DNA of 62,982 nucleotides, the filler included, from an uncultured Methanosarcinales archaeon (lineage in GTDB: Archaea > Nanobdellota > Nanobdellia > Woesearchaeales > CAYNLP01): assembly GCA_964398115.1 (NCBI GenBank). It is 7 parts of 7 records of this genome, joined end to end, with 100 filler letters (N's around TTAATTAATTAA, not from the genome) between each part and the next. Parts side by side here need not be neighbours in the genome. Positions count along the whole stretch, not along the records: positions 11,664 to 21,621 come from CAYNLP010000028.1; positions 21,722 to 31,363 come from CAYNLP010000029.1; 5 more parts are not named here. The stretch is one strand, 5' to 3'. This document shows, piece by piece, positions 20,301 through 29,899 of the stretch (positions are counted from its first letter, which is position 1; every line of letters begins with the position of its first letter). Both the position numbers and the translations under genes were made by a program. The notes under the pieces were generated by a model, which had not been told where the DNA came from, ran no database searches, and saw nothing but the letters and a program-made list of their open reading frames with translations.

Positions 20301-20622
20301 TAATAATCCAGGCAATCTTAAATTTGCCGGACAAGAGAAGGCCACCAGAGGTGAGGGTGGTTTTGCCAAGTTTCCGAATGCTGCCTGGGGTTGGGAAGCC
20401 CTACGAGACCAAATTGAGTTGGATAGGCAGCGTGACCTCACACTACGTAGCTTTGTAGAAAAATTTGCGCCCGCCACGGAAAATGATGTAGATGTATACA
20501 CCAATTCGTTGACTTCGCAACTGGGGGTCGAGGCGAATGCTAAGTTATCCAATGTGCCCATTCAAGATTTGGCGCAAGCAGTGGCTTGGCAGGAGTCGCA
20601 TACTAAAGTAAAAGAAACTTAA
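17308..20622 (+). CDS. Large internal virion/DNA-ejection protein with C-terminal lysozyme-like domain
   Basis: 1104 aa, helical, Gly/Ala-rich amphipathic segments; C-terminal ENNNPGNLK...FAKF...G..AL...TLRSFVEKFAPATEND..Y...QES. Confidence 0.6.
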   Translation: MSPLPSQLKQNTSVDQQSRNSGLLASQIQQGFTAGRDENPKIDDVLGAEPPENRKETTKQREKVWSEQIFPSVSGLYKDVTVGNKFFSPTPEDFISSNKIQGEMASQLAEDIREGKVSEDQVDNIKKIMGKKDLADESKTEEILTKSDRQVVGDVLGTATWMLPGLGVSKGSILGLKGLSRTSKLKGATKLIGRGGAFGGTELAAMGLSEGADNETVAKRFAQGIALGAGAEVAGPVAFKAARKSLDGLAKSAQKVGRVSRKQVPKAFPESVRGAADDFKKFFTSVDGVFSSLGNYGREVARKLHTAKNASFRKASQWMTRLSDSGFENLNFNERLALQDAAEGRIARKDLTPKVRQVFDEYDGIRKEIDQQMKKVGAKIVRRDGSKTKWRGRKNFFPHVVPSLDALQNKEVFNRVVDDAVRRGRFPNRLEAETALDDYIQFASSNGKKRGDVIANRLVKEGKAKDLQEAKGMLRQFIERPRKAPSRVQKAREIDFPFWEPDPAKVMQTYLADAADVIEDTRAFGPGRRDFAKKIQQIRDEVDTNFSQKGAERAKRQLDKVDKALKGEFEDFGPEEAIRTIREVNNLQLAFAQMLNIAQNLNTFLATDLPSVAKGLRLFFTDEGKRRAFQTGALMDNLLRQSATLGKESGFSQRFLKVTGFTGVERFNRTVAANAGIEYSQRLRKQLLKNPDSKFIRRQMQEMGLDPEKALQRPFTEEELLTAGQNKAFQTQFRSSELDMPWFTQSPMGRLGFQFRNFAFNQARFLKNRLGGQLADGEYGKLYRDLAILGTAFPMTGEVVADLRSAVTGTSRPSDPLQRYWENFTSVGGMGIFADMIRSARWGDVSGFIIGPSARWGEAVSSVVQAATGDKWSNRDWQTALSLPGVTRPIAERAFPTDSPGRNTFLQELDSILSRTSGFTDFQSEVKKSSPPDEVKLDEETEKALRDAFEKEPLGEMPKVNIEEEQSDNEKSVSFQGMEVRIPRSVPGQAEAQLAFENNNPGNLKFAGQEKATRGEGGFAKFPNAAWGWEALRDQIELDRQRDLTLRSFVEKFAPATENDVDVYTNSLTSQLGVEANAKLSNVPIQDLAQAVAWQESHTKVKET

Positions 20623-20624
20623 TT

Positions 20625-20867
20625 ATGCCGTTTCAAATAGCACCAATAGAAGTTTCGCAACTTACATTCGGGGTTCTGTCCCTGGCTGCGTTAGTTTTAT
20701 TTGGACTTTATATGTTTCGTTATTTCGCCCGCCAGATTGAGCGGGTCTGGGATGCGTATAAATCCACAGTAGATGAACATATTAAAGAAAATACAGAAGC
20801 CCAAAAAGATTTGCGGAATACTATTAATGAAATGTATAAATACCTATCTAAACGGAACGGAGATTAG
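20625..20867 (+). CDS. Holin-like single-TM protein
   Basis: 80 aa, N-terminal TM segment plus coiled-coil tail, at the end of the structural module. Confidence 0.45.
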   Translation: MPFQIAPIEVSQLTFGVLSLAALVLFGLYMFRYFARQIERVWDAYKSTVDEHIKENTEAQKDLRNTINEMYKYLSKRNGD

Positions 20868-20914
20868 TTATCCACAAGTAGACAGGTTGACTTTCCCTAC
20901 ATTTTATGTATACT
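20868..20914 (+). promoter_or_regulatory. DnaA box plus bacterial sigma70-type promoter
   Basis: TTATCCACA (20868-20876); TTGACT (20887-20892), 16-nt spacer, TATACT (20909-20914). Confidence 0.55.
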
Positions 20915-20990
20915 GGGGGCAGGCCATAAAGTCGAGAGCGAGAATAAAAAACGTTCGACCTCCGCTCGCTCGCCTGCCCCCAGTTTTTCT
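20912..20990. other. Structured element: 13-bp perfect inverted repeat enclosing a possible pseudoknot
   Basis: ACTGGGGGCAGGC / GCCTGCCCCCAGT; inside GTCGA-GAGCGAG ... TCGAC ... CTCGCTC; followed by a T-tract. Confidence 0.55.
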
Positions 20991-21118
20991 TAATTGTTGA
21001 CACTACCTCGGGGGGCTGTTCAATACAATTCTTACAATTAAATGTTGTTATTTACCCTTCTCTTATTGTGGCTCTCCGGGGTGTGGTCTTTGCCTTAAAA
21101 ATAAATAACTAAATATTT

Positions 21119-21610
21119 ATGCCAAAAATCATATTCGACAACGGAAAAGTGGTAGAAATCTCACAGGAGAGTGCGGAAGCGATGGCTTCCCAAAAGAAGA
21201 AGTGGGAGCCGGAGGTTGGTGAAACATATTGTTTTCTTAATGACGACGGGCCAGTTTGTTGTACGAGACGGATTGGTATTGATGCTGATTACAATCGTCT
21301 TGTCATCGGCAATTTCTTTCAAACAAGAGAAGAGGCACAACTACACCGTCAATATTTAGCAGCCCTCAATCAAATCAAGAGTTACATCTGGGATAACGAT
21401 TTGGGCGTTGATTGGCGGGAGGCAAAGAAGGCAAATTGGTGGCGGTGGTATATCTGTTATGACATTGAAAGTGATGAGTTTTTTGCTGATTGTAATTGTG
21501 TAGTGGTGCAATTCTTTCCCCTCGGGTTTCTCAAATCAGAAGAAGCCGCCAAACAACTCATAAAAGCTAAAGAGGACGAGCTTCGTGTGGTGTTTGGGGT
21601 GGATAAATAA
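21119..21610 (+). CDS. Phage hypothetical protein
   Basis: KWEPEVGETY..., IGNFFQTREEA and FKSEEAA-like motifs seen in small phage proteins. Confidence 0.6.
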   Translation: MPKIIFDNGKVVEISQESAEAMASQKKKWEPEVGETYCFLNDDGPVCCTRRIGIDADYNRLVIGNFFQTREEAQLHRQYLAALNQIKSYIWDNDLGVDWREAKKANWWRWYICYDIESDEFFADCNCVVVQFFPLGFLKSEEAAKQLIKAKEDELRVVFGVDK

Positions 21611-21721
21611 ATCATTATGAANNNNNNNNNNNNNNNNNNNNNNNNNNNNNNNNNNNNNNNNNNNNTTAATTAATTAANNNNNNNNNNNNNNNNNNNNNNN
21701 NNNNNNNNNNNNNNNNNNNNN

Positions 21722-24560
21722 CAGGCGCCGTCTGGATCCAACCTTCTCTCTGCATCTCAACGACCTGGTACTCGCCAGGTTCAACGTTTGCTTCGTATGT
21801 TCCGTTCTCATCAGTGACGACGACTTCGTCACTCGTGATTTCATAAATATCTACTGTTAGGGTTCCTTCATTGTCATCGTACCAGCCTGGGTTCAAGTTG
21901 CCTTCCGATGGCTGATCCCAGACTCTGAAGTTGTGTTGTTCTCCGTCTCCTTCAACTATAGTTTTGTACAGGTGTTCGTCGTTGAATGTTCCCCAGTCAA
22001 CGTTCTGATTGTCTATGACCAGGTCTAGCATTTTCTCATTCCACTCTGATTCTTGTCCCCAGTCGAAGAATTCTCCGTCTCCACCTTCCTGAGCGTATTC
22101 AGCGTCAGCGTGGCTTCCATCATTGTTATGTTTGAACGTGCCACTGACCTCTATCAAGTATTTCGTGCCGTTCTCCAGAGTTGTGCTGTTGACTCCTGTT
22201 GTACTGCTGCTATCGACTTCCAACGTTTCTACCGGCTCTTCGTCGGTCGGGTGGACGAGTATCTTCCATCCCGGAACTCCGGGCTCTCCCTCGTCTCTCT
22301 CACCGTCCCTGTCTTTGTCTTCCCACTTCATACCTTTTATTGTGTCTTTTGCTTCAGCAGGACATGCAGTTCCGTCTCCGTAGCTGAATGGTCCTACTTC
22401 TTCATCTACCACGCTTGCGCTGAACGGATCGGTGTCGAATGTGTAGAACACGTCTCCATCCCTCGCCATCGCGTAATGCTGTCCATCGTGAAGTGCTGTG
22501 CTTGTAAAGCTGCTAGCAGAAGTTCCACTCACGTCAGGGATGTTGCCTACTTCTTCTCCGGTGAGCGCGCCGATATCTATATCGTAAACGGTTCCTTCGC
22601 CGTCTACATAAACTAACCGGTTAGCTTCTGGAACTGTCAAGTCCCCACCGCTCACGTCAAGTTGGCCTCCGCCGACTAGGCTTACTGTACCCAGAGCGGA
22701 TGCTGCACCGGTGCTTGTATCAATGGTATATAGCTTGTTATCATCTTGATTCATCGCATAGAGAGTTCCCGTCGGACCGAACTCTAATGCCACCGTGTTG
22801 CCTGTCAGCCCAGTTGGACCTATAGGCGTGACTGTTCCATCTTCGTTGAGTGTCACCAGCCTTCTGGTACTCTTGGGTTTCCATTCAATACCGTAGAGAG
22901 TGCTGTCCTCCGACGCTGCTGCTACGCTTCCGAGGCCGTCGGGATATACCTGCTCTAAAGTCGCATTTCCGGTAGACTCATTAACATCGTATAGCTTTTC
23001 AGGGCCTTCTTCCATATCAAGGTGTCGCACTCCTTGTTCGCAGGAAAGATTAGCCTTTCCTTTTCGATTCACAACCACTAGAGTCCTGTGTGGGTTTTTC
23101 TCTGTCAAAACAATGTGTCCGTCCGCGTCCTTGTTCCTATCTTCGTCTGTGAGATTGTTAAATAAGTTTTCATTATATTCAAATACGTCTTCTGTCCCCT
23201 TGAAAGGAGTGCTGAACTGGTCGTTGTATCCCACGACTTCCCATCCGGCGGGAACTTCTTCTTGACCGTAGTAATATCCTCCTTTGCCCAGCTCCAAACC
23301 TTCGTAGGTGGTGCACGCGGCTTCTTTCTTCTCATCCTTGTCTAGATCAGTATTGAGCTCTAACGGCGTCTCAAAGGTTGAATCTGGTATTTCTCCCTTA
23401 GGTGCTCCTTCCGAAGTCTCTGGATCTGGTGTGAAGCCAGGAATCGTGAATTCAGCGCCGGGGAATTTGGAGCCGTCGATAGACTCTCCCTCCTCGTCAA
23501 CTATCATCTTACAGACAGTGATGCTAGCAGAAACTTTCTTTTCCTCTTCACACACACCATCTTCTGTTATATCTTCGCTCTTCGCCGGCTCACAGAGCCA
23601 TGGTTCGAACAAAACGTTCTTAGTGACTGAGTCTCCTGTTCCGTTTCCTTCACCGCTAGGTCCTGAGGAATCTCCCCACCAGTTCTTTGTTGCATTTACT
23701 GGTTCGGTTAAGACTCCTGGGTTACTGTTGTTGAGCGTAAGTATGCCGCCTTCCTCACTGTCTGTTATATTGTTTTGGTGGACCTTCATGGACGTAATTT
23801 CACCGCTGCCTTTTTCCAGGAAGATAATACCATATTTATTGCCTTCAAAGTGGTTTCCGTAGATGAGGTGGTCTGAAGAAGATTCTGCATCTCTTGCTGT
23901 AATCAAGATACCGTCCGTTGTCCCATTTGTGAAAGTGTTTGATTTTATCTCGACTCCGGAACTGTCTGCCAACAGAATTCCGTGCTGGTGATTTATGAAC
24001 TTGTTTCCTATGATTTCTCCATCCTCGACCAGGTCGAGTCTGATTGCATAATGATTTCCTGGATCGGTTCCAGTATCTCTGAATTCATTATTCTTAATAG
24101 TCACCGTCACCGCTTGTGCGTAGAAAGCTTGAACGTCTTCGGATAATATTATATTGTTCTTTACTAAGGCGTCTGAAGCTCCTTGAATTCCTCTGTTTTG
24201 ATGGCCCTGAATCGTGAAGCCATCAATTGTGACTCCTGTATTGAGGGTTATAGCTGTGTTGCTTCCAGAAGCATCGATTGTGGTACTACTTGCTCCGCTT
24301 GTAGAGGCTAATGTTACATCTGTTGGGAAACCGCTTAGACTTTCATTATAGGTGCCTGGCGCCACCTTTATAGTGTCTCCTGAAGTTGCATCATCTATAG
24401 CTGCTTGTATGTCACAGTACGGAGATCCTGCCGCGTTGTCACAGCTCGGATCGGCGGTATCGACGGTCAGAGTAGCGGCCATAGCGGGAAGTGCCATGGC
24501 GAAGAATAGCATTGCGGAGAATAGAGTTGTGAAGACAAATTTATTTCTTGAATTTCTCAT
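21722..24560 (-). CDS. Large secreted surface protein: parallel beta-helix, beta-propeller and SdrD-B-like domains (3' partial)
   Basis: Signal peptide; IQAAIDDATSGDTIKVAPGTYNE; I..N.F repeats; NATKNWWGDSSGP; LYAM..LYTIDTSTGAA blades; GMKWEDKDRDGERDEGEPGVPGWKI. Confidence 0.8.
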
Positions 24561-24755
24561 TTAATACCAAACCCCCATGTGGTAATGCTTAACCTTTAAA
24601 TCACTTGTTTAAGTGCGAAATGACGTGTTCTATATAAAGTTTTCTTGTCTTTAGGTATTCACAAGTGATTTTAATTAATTACTTAGTGGTACGAGAAGTT
24701 CATGATTATTATAAATGTTTGGGTTTTTTGTTATTTTAAGGTAGTCCTATTATTT

Positions 24756-25457
24756 TTAACGTAAGATAGAGAATCTGATGGACCCGTTGGTGAAGGAGTC
24801 TTTCCCTGACAAGGCATTCTGGCAGTCAAAGCCTGAAGGGCCTGAACCAGTATCGTAATAGAGGCTTTCTTGAGACAAGGAATGACTTCCAAGTGTTATA
24901 TTATGTATCTTTATACTTGATGGTTCTGAAGATTCAAAATTATAATTCACAATGTCAACACTGTGTCTTGTGGAAAAAGTCTCCAAATTAGTTGTGTAAG
25001 TGGAAACATTATTTGGTTTTATCTCGAAAGTTTTCACGTGGCCTCCATCCATAAAGATATGAAGAGGGGTCTCTCCGCCAGTGCTTTCAGCAGTTATGTT
25101 TAAAGCGGGAAACTTGGAAACGTTGAGACGTATTTCCGGCACGCATTCCTGTCGAGCATAGTTGTGGAAGACCTCGATGAGAGCGATCTCCTTTGAATAC
25201 TCCAACTTCGTTCTTTGCTGGCCGTATATCTGGTCGTATCTCCTGACATCCTCCTGCAAGTTGCTGTATTCACGCTGCAGCTGCAAGAGATCTTCTCGGG
25301 TCTCGTTGAGGGCTTCGGTCGCGTTAGAATACCTCTCTCTCCAAGTGTCTATCACCGAGTTCTGATATATGGTTATCCCTATCAATAGGGCTAAGAGAAA
25401 TACCACGACTGCGAGGAACTTCACGCTGATCTTTTCTTTAAAGTACGAGCTCTCCAT
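24756..25457 (-). CDS. Membrane-anchored protein with coiled coil and beta-rich C-terminal domain
   Basis: N-terminal TM segment, heptad region, beta-rich C-terminus. Confidence 0.6.
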   Translation of the reverse strand: MESSYFKEKISVKFLAVVVFLLALLIGITIYQNSVIDTWRERYSNATEALNETREDLLQLQREYSNLQEDVRRYDQIYGQQRTKLEYSKEIALIEVFHNYARQECVPEIRLNVSKFPALNITAESTGGETPLHIFMDGGHVKTFEIKPNNVSTYTTNLETFSTRHSVDIVNYNFESSEPSSIKIHNITLGSHSLSQESLYYDTGSGPSGFDCQNALSGKDSFTNGSIRFSILR

Positions 25458-25586
25458 GTTGAAGATTGAATGGTAAAGGATTTTTAATAAGTTATCATGA
25501 TAAAACCTTTTCAGGAGTCATTAAATTTTGACCGAATCATTTAAAAATTCGTTTTAACTACTCTGAGCTACGGGGTTAAGATATAC

Positions 25587-27626
25587 TTGCAACGCAAGAT
25601 AATAGCGGCGGTCATCTTCTCAACGCTACTAATAACATCTGCGGCACTCGTTTCTGCAAGCAAGCTGAAGGACGTAAAGCTAGCAGACAAGGTGGACAAC
25701 GACGGCGACGGCTACATCAGCAAGTTCTCCATAGAAATCACCGCCAACACCAAAATCAACGAGAAAGGAGAAGACTACGACAAGCAGTTCTGGATGAGCA
25801 AGGGAGATCCAGCGTTCGCCATAGACTTCGCCACCCCCATAGGACCGGTAGAGTCAGGAGCATACAAAGACATCGGATTCAAGGATGGAGAACAGACCCA
25901 CAAGGTATGGTTCGAGGTGGGGGACTTCGAGAAGAGGAAGACCGACCCGGATGAGTTCAAGCTAGCGAAAGAGAAAACCATGATTATGAAGGACATAACC
26001 TCCGGAAAAGTCCCTCTGAAGACTATAGTCGTGAAATATGTCGAGAGCGACATGGCAGGGCTCGACGCAGGTCTCAAGGACGAATCAATCGCTTCAAAGC
26101 CCTTAAGAATAGGGGAGACGTGGCTAGAGCACCCTAACAACGACAAGTCCAAACCAGTAACGATAAGATCAAACCCGGGCGGAGCCACCCTCTACGTTAA
26201 CGGAGAAGAGAAAGGAAAGACAGAGTGGAACGGACAGTTGCCGATAGACCTCTATGAAAGAGAAGGCATGACAAAGATAAAGCTCGAGAAGGAAGGATAT
26301 CAAACGCTCTCTACAAAGGCGGAGATAAGGCCGCCCACGGATGAGAGATTCCAACTCAAGAAGATAAAGAAACCCATAGTCGTAGACAGCCAGCCACAAG
26401 GAGCAACCGTCCGAGTGAACGGACAAAAAATCGGCGAGACACCACTTTCCAAAGAATACTGGGTAAACGAAGAGTTCGACGTTAGGGTGGAGATGGACGG
26501 GTACGAAACCGTTTCTTTTGAAGACGTCAGCGCGCCGTGGCAGAAGACCGTAGGCTTGAAGAGCACGGAAGAAAACACGTCTGAAACGAATGATACCAAC
26601 GATACGTCAGGGAGCTACAATCTTGGCACCCTGCCGGGAATGTACACCTACGACACATATACCGATCTCACCTCCCAACTTGACTACCAATATTACAACG
26701 ACTTGATTACTCAGCTGCCGAGTCTGGCCGGATTCCTAGTCGCCAAGTTCACCGCCGCTCCAATGACTGCAAACGTCGATGAAGAGATCGAATTTGACGC
26801 CGCCGCCTCCTACTACACGAGAGGCAACATAACAACGTATGAATGGGACTTCGGAGATGGAGAGACAGCAACTGGAGAAACAACAACCCACTCTTATGAC
26901 TCCGCAGGCACTTACACCGTGGAGTTGATGGTTGAAGACGCTTCAGGCAACACCACGACGGCTACCAAGCAGATAACCGTGAAGAACTTGAAGCCCAAAC
27001 CGCAATTCATAGTATCTAGCAAGAGGATAGAAACAGGCACGTCAGTCGTGTTCGACGCAGACCTCAGCCAGGACGCAGACGGGACCATCACTTCATACGA
27101 GTGGGATTTCGGAGACGGAAACACCGACACGGGCGAGAAGGTCAGCCACGCCTTCTCAAGCAGCGGCGACTACATAGTGGAACTGGAAGTGGAAGACAAC
27201 TCAGGAGTATCAGAAACCCTGACCAAGCAGATAACAGTGAGAGAGCCAAACAATCCGCCCAACCCGAGCTTCGCAATATCCGATACAAATCCGCAATCAG
27301 GAACCAGCGTGAGCTTCGACGCCTCCAACTCCAACGATGACGGATCCATAGAATCCTACTACTGGAGCTTCGGAGACGGAGAGAGCGGAGAAGGACAACA
27401 GGCAAGCCACTCTTACCGTGGAAACGGTACATACACGGTAAAGCTGACCGCAGTTGATGACGACGGAGAGTCCGCAAACACTACCAAGACACTCGTTGTG
27501 AAGGGAGATTCAGACGATGCAGGAAACGAGACCGCAGATGAGACAGACTCCAATGAAGAAAGCGAGGAAGAGAGCGGTTTCATGATGATAGTCCGAGGAT
27601 TGTGCAGACTAGTAGGGATTTGCTAA
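25587..27626 (+). CDS. Secreted PEGA and PKD domain protein
   Basis: Signal peptide; two PEGA domains (SNPGGATLYVNG, SQPQGATVRVNG); three PKD domains (YEWDFGDG twice, YYWSFGDG). Confidence 0.85.
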   Translation: MQRKIIAAVIFSTLLITSAALVSASKLKDVKLADKVDNDGDGYISKFSIEITANTKINEKGEDYDKQFWMSKGDPAFAIDFATPIGPVESGAYKDIGFKDGEQTHKVWFEVGDFEKRKTDPDEFKLAKEKTMIMKDITSGKVPLKTIVVKYVESDMAGLDAGLKDESIASKPLRIGETWLEHPNNDKSKPVTIRSNPGGATLYVNGEEKGKTEWNGQLPIDLYEREGMTKIKLEKEGYQTLSTKAEIRPPTDERFQLKKIKKPIVVDSQPQGATVRVNGQKIGETPLSKEYWVNEEFDVRVEMDGYETVSFEDVSAPWQKTVGLKSTEENTSETNDTNDTSGSYNLGTLPGMYTYDTYTDLTSQLDYQYYNDLITQLPSLAGFLVAKFTAAPMTANVDEEIEFDAAASYYTRGNITTYEWDFGDGETATGETTTHSYDSAGTYTVELMVEDASGNTTTATKQITVKNLKPKPQFIVSSKRIETGTSVVFDADLSQDADGTITSYEWDFGDGNTDTGEKVSHAFSSSGDYIVELEVEDNSGVSETLTKQITVREPNNPPNPSFAISDTNPQSGTSVSFDASNSNDDGSIESYYWSFGDGESGEGQQASHSYRGNGTYTVKLTAVDDDGESANTTKTLVVKGDSDDAGNETADETDSNEESEEESGFMMIVRGLCRLVGIC

Positions 27627-27801
27627 GACTGAAAAGGAAGAAGATAAGGACAAGCGGTTTTTCCTCAGGTGAACAATCGAGTTTCTCAACGAATGCAGTA
27701 TTTGAATATTATATAATGAGTTTTTCTCTGTTACACAAACCCTTATTTTTCGTAAAATTTTTTAACTCAGTTTTTTTTTACTTCTTAATAGTGACGATGG
27801 A

Positions 27802-28446
27802 ATGACGTTAGACATGAAAGTAATCCCGGAGGTAATGAAAGCCGTGGAAGGAGATGAGATACATCCTTTCGAGAACCCAAGGTTCAGCAAAGTTTTCGGA
27901 ACGGATAATCTCGCTATAAAACGGTTTGAGAAGGAGTGCAAATACTACGGCTATGAAGACTTTGGCAGGTTTGGAGACGCAGTTCACGAATACGTCATGC
28001 TGTCCCACGTTCAAGAGATGGGATACCCCGTTCCAGAACCTCACGGCATCATCTTACTACAGGATATGGATTCTTTTGACTATGAGGAGGGTGTTCTAGA
28101 AGAGAGCTTTGCAAAAGATTACTTAACCCCTCTCCTAGTGATGGACAGGATTGAAAACGCGGGTGTGCCTGTAGAGGATCGTGAAGAATGGGAGGAAAAG
28201 TGCAGGGAAAGAGTGTGCGAATTATATGATAAAGGGATAGACATCAATGACTGCTCTATAAAGAGAAACCTTCTTTACAACCCTGAAGAGGAAGAGATTT
28301 ATTTCATAGACGCTGGTAGGTGGGAGGCTTTAAGACCCTCATTCGAAGAATTATTGCAGGAACACCCGCCCGTCATATACGATCCGAAAGGAAGATCTAT
28401 GACGTTCGACGGCGAGACCCTCACACTTCTTGACGAAGTTGCATAG
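27802..28446 (+). CDS. RIO1/Kdo-like protein kinase-fold protein
   Basis: LAIK, GYPVPEP, LLVMDRI, D..IKRNLL, IYFIDAG. Confidence 0.65.
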   Translation: MTLDMKVIPEVMKAVEGDEIHPFENPRFSKVFGTDNLAIKRFEKECKYYGYEDFGRFGDAVHEYVMLSHVQEMGYPVPEPHGIILLQDMDSFDYEEGVLEESFAKDYLTPLLVMDRIENAGVPVEDREEWEEKCRERVCELYDKGIDINDCSIKRNLLYNPEEEEIYFIDAGRWEALRPSFEELLQEHPPVIYDPKGRSMTFDGETLTLLDEVA

Positions 28447-28529
28447 AAAAACGAGCAGAAAAGCACTATCTCTAATATAGAAGAGAAAAAAGAAGAAATG
28501 TGATGGATGATTATTTCAAAGTCACGCCT

Positions 28530-28607
28530 TTATTCTTCACAGAACCACGGTTCGAAGTCAAAGTCCTCTATAGAATCAGCGTTGATATTGTCTAACCTGT
28601 TGATAGG
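28530..28607 (-). pseudogene. Relic of a beta-helix C-terminal cap (DFDFEPWFCEE*)
   Basis: No start codon; similar in DNA and peptide to NVLFEPWLCE of the 21722-24560 gene. Confidence 0.35.
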
Positions 28608-28657
28608 TCAACCACTAGCCTGGCGAAGAAATGCTTTCTTTTGAATATGTTAAAAAG

Positions 28658-29890
28658 CTATCTTGATTTCCTTCTGACCTGGCTATAATATAGGAAGAGT
28701 GCAAACAATCCAACAACGAGCCCGATAGCTATCCAGAAGTAAGTGCTAGATACTATGTTTCCTAACGCTCCCGTAACTGCACCGGTAATTCTAGGCGAGT
28801 TTTGTTCTTCCTCCTGCTGTGCTTGTTGATCTTCCGCACTTTGTTCCGAGCCTGCTTGTTGCCCTTGATCTTGTTCACCTTCCACTGTTTCAGCAGTCGG
28901 GGTTGGTTTTGAATCGCTTGTATCTCCGGTTGAATCAGTTTCTTCCGTTTCTGTACTTTCTTCACTACTTGTTTGTGTATCTTCCGTTTCTCCTGTATCC
29001 TGTGTTTGGCTTTCATCTTGTGGTGGTTGGTAGAATCCACCAGCACCTCCACCACCTCCTCCTCCGCCTCCAGTGGATGGAGAAGTTTCACTATCGCTAG
29101 TGCTTTCTTCTGCAAATAATGCATAAGGTGTTCTAGCTCTAGGAATTCTAAACGTTACTTTATTGTTTTGCGTATCTCTCTCTACAACTGGATTACCTCT
29201 TAATGGATTCCAACTCCCTTCTGTAAATTTGAAAGGACTTACAGTGTTTTCATTAATTCCAGAATCGTCATAACTCATTGTGACGGTGGTGGTGACAGGC
29301 CCTCTTACTTTCACTTCGTGTGGTTGTGAAGCTGATTGTAACCCATTCGGGTTAGGATTGTTCCTGATAATTTGGTTTCCTATTTGGGAAACGTTGTTCA
29401 CAATCGCGTTTACAGCTCTTGAACAAGTCAAGTTAACAGTTATAGTATCTTTTTCTACCGTGATGGTAGTTCCTTGCCTACATAGAAACCCTCTCCCCGG
29501 TTGGCCAGGGATTTGTCCTGGGATGTTCCAAGTCAGGTTTAGGTTGCTTATTTCTCCGCTTTTGAAAGTTGCGTTTTCATTAGCGGGTATGTTATTAATG
29601 TAAAACTTTATTGTGGCGTTAGGTTCTTGAACGTTTTGCACTCTTAATTTCTTGTCAAGCCCTCCTGGCCCTCCATACGATCCGTTATCCGTGGTTATGC
29701 TTCCTTTTTCCTCTCCGTCCACTTTCGCCACTATAGTGGTCCTGTTAGGGACGGGGTCTCCCTTAACTTCAGCTGTTCCATAAAAAGAGTGAGGTAGTTT
29801 AGGAGGTGATTGTGCTTGAACGAAACCTGTGGCTATAATGGAAACTAGGAGGAATACTGCTAGCTTCCCCAAAATGTTATCTTTTTTCAT
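28658..29890 (-). CDS. Cell-surface protein with C-terminal TM anchor
   Basis: Signal peptide, PHSFYG domain, PGF-pre-PGF-like domain, poly-Gly and acidic Ser/Thr linker, ITGAV, TM segment and basic tail. Confidence 0.75.
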   Translation of the reverse strand: MKKDNILGKLAVFLLVSIIATGFVQAQSPPKLPHSFYGTAEVKGDPVPNRTTIVAKVDGEEKGSITTDNGSYGGPGGLDKKLRVQNVQEPNATIKFYINNIPANENATFKSGEISNLNLTWNIPGQIPGQPGRGFLCRQGTTITVEKDTITVNLTCSRAVNAIVNNVSQIGNQIIRNNPNPNGLQSASQPHEVKVRGPVTTTVTMSYDDSGINENTVSPFKFTEGSWNPLRGNPVVERDTQNNKVTFRIPRARTPYALFAEESTSDSETSPSTGGGGGGGGGAGGFYQPPQDESQTQDTGETEDTQTSSEESTETEETDSTGDTSDSKPTPTAETVEGEQDQGQQAGSEQSAEDQQAQQEEEQNSPRITGAVTGALGNIVSSTYFWIAIGLVVGLFALFLYYSQVRRKSR

Positions 29891-29899
29891 CTTGATTAC

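Larger units (their letters stand above)
11664..21621 (+). mobile_element. Tailed (podovirus-like) phage or provirus fragment: virion structural module
   Basis: All genes co-oriented and tightly packed: repeat fibre-like protein, tail-nozzle-like protein, two large ejection-like proteins (one with an NNPGN lytic-like domain), holin-like gene; no cellular genes. Confidence 0.75.

Noticed and set aside
29040..29072. CCT/CCA triplet repeat
   Set aside because: Encodes the poly-Gly linker of a surface protein
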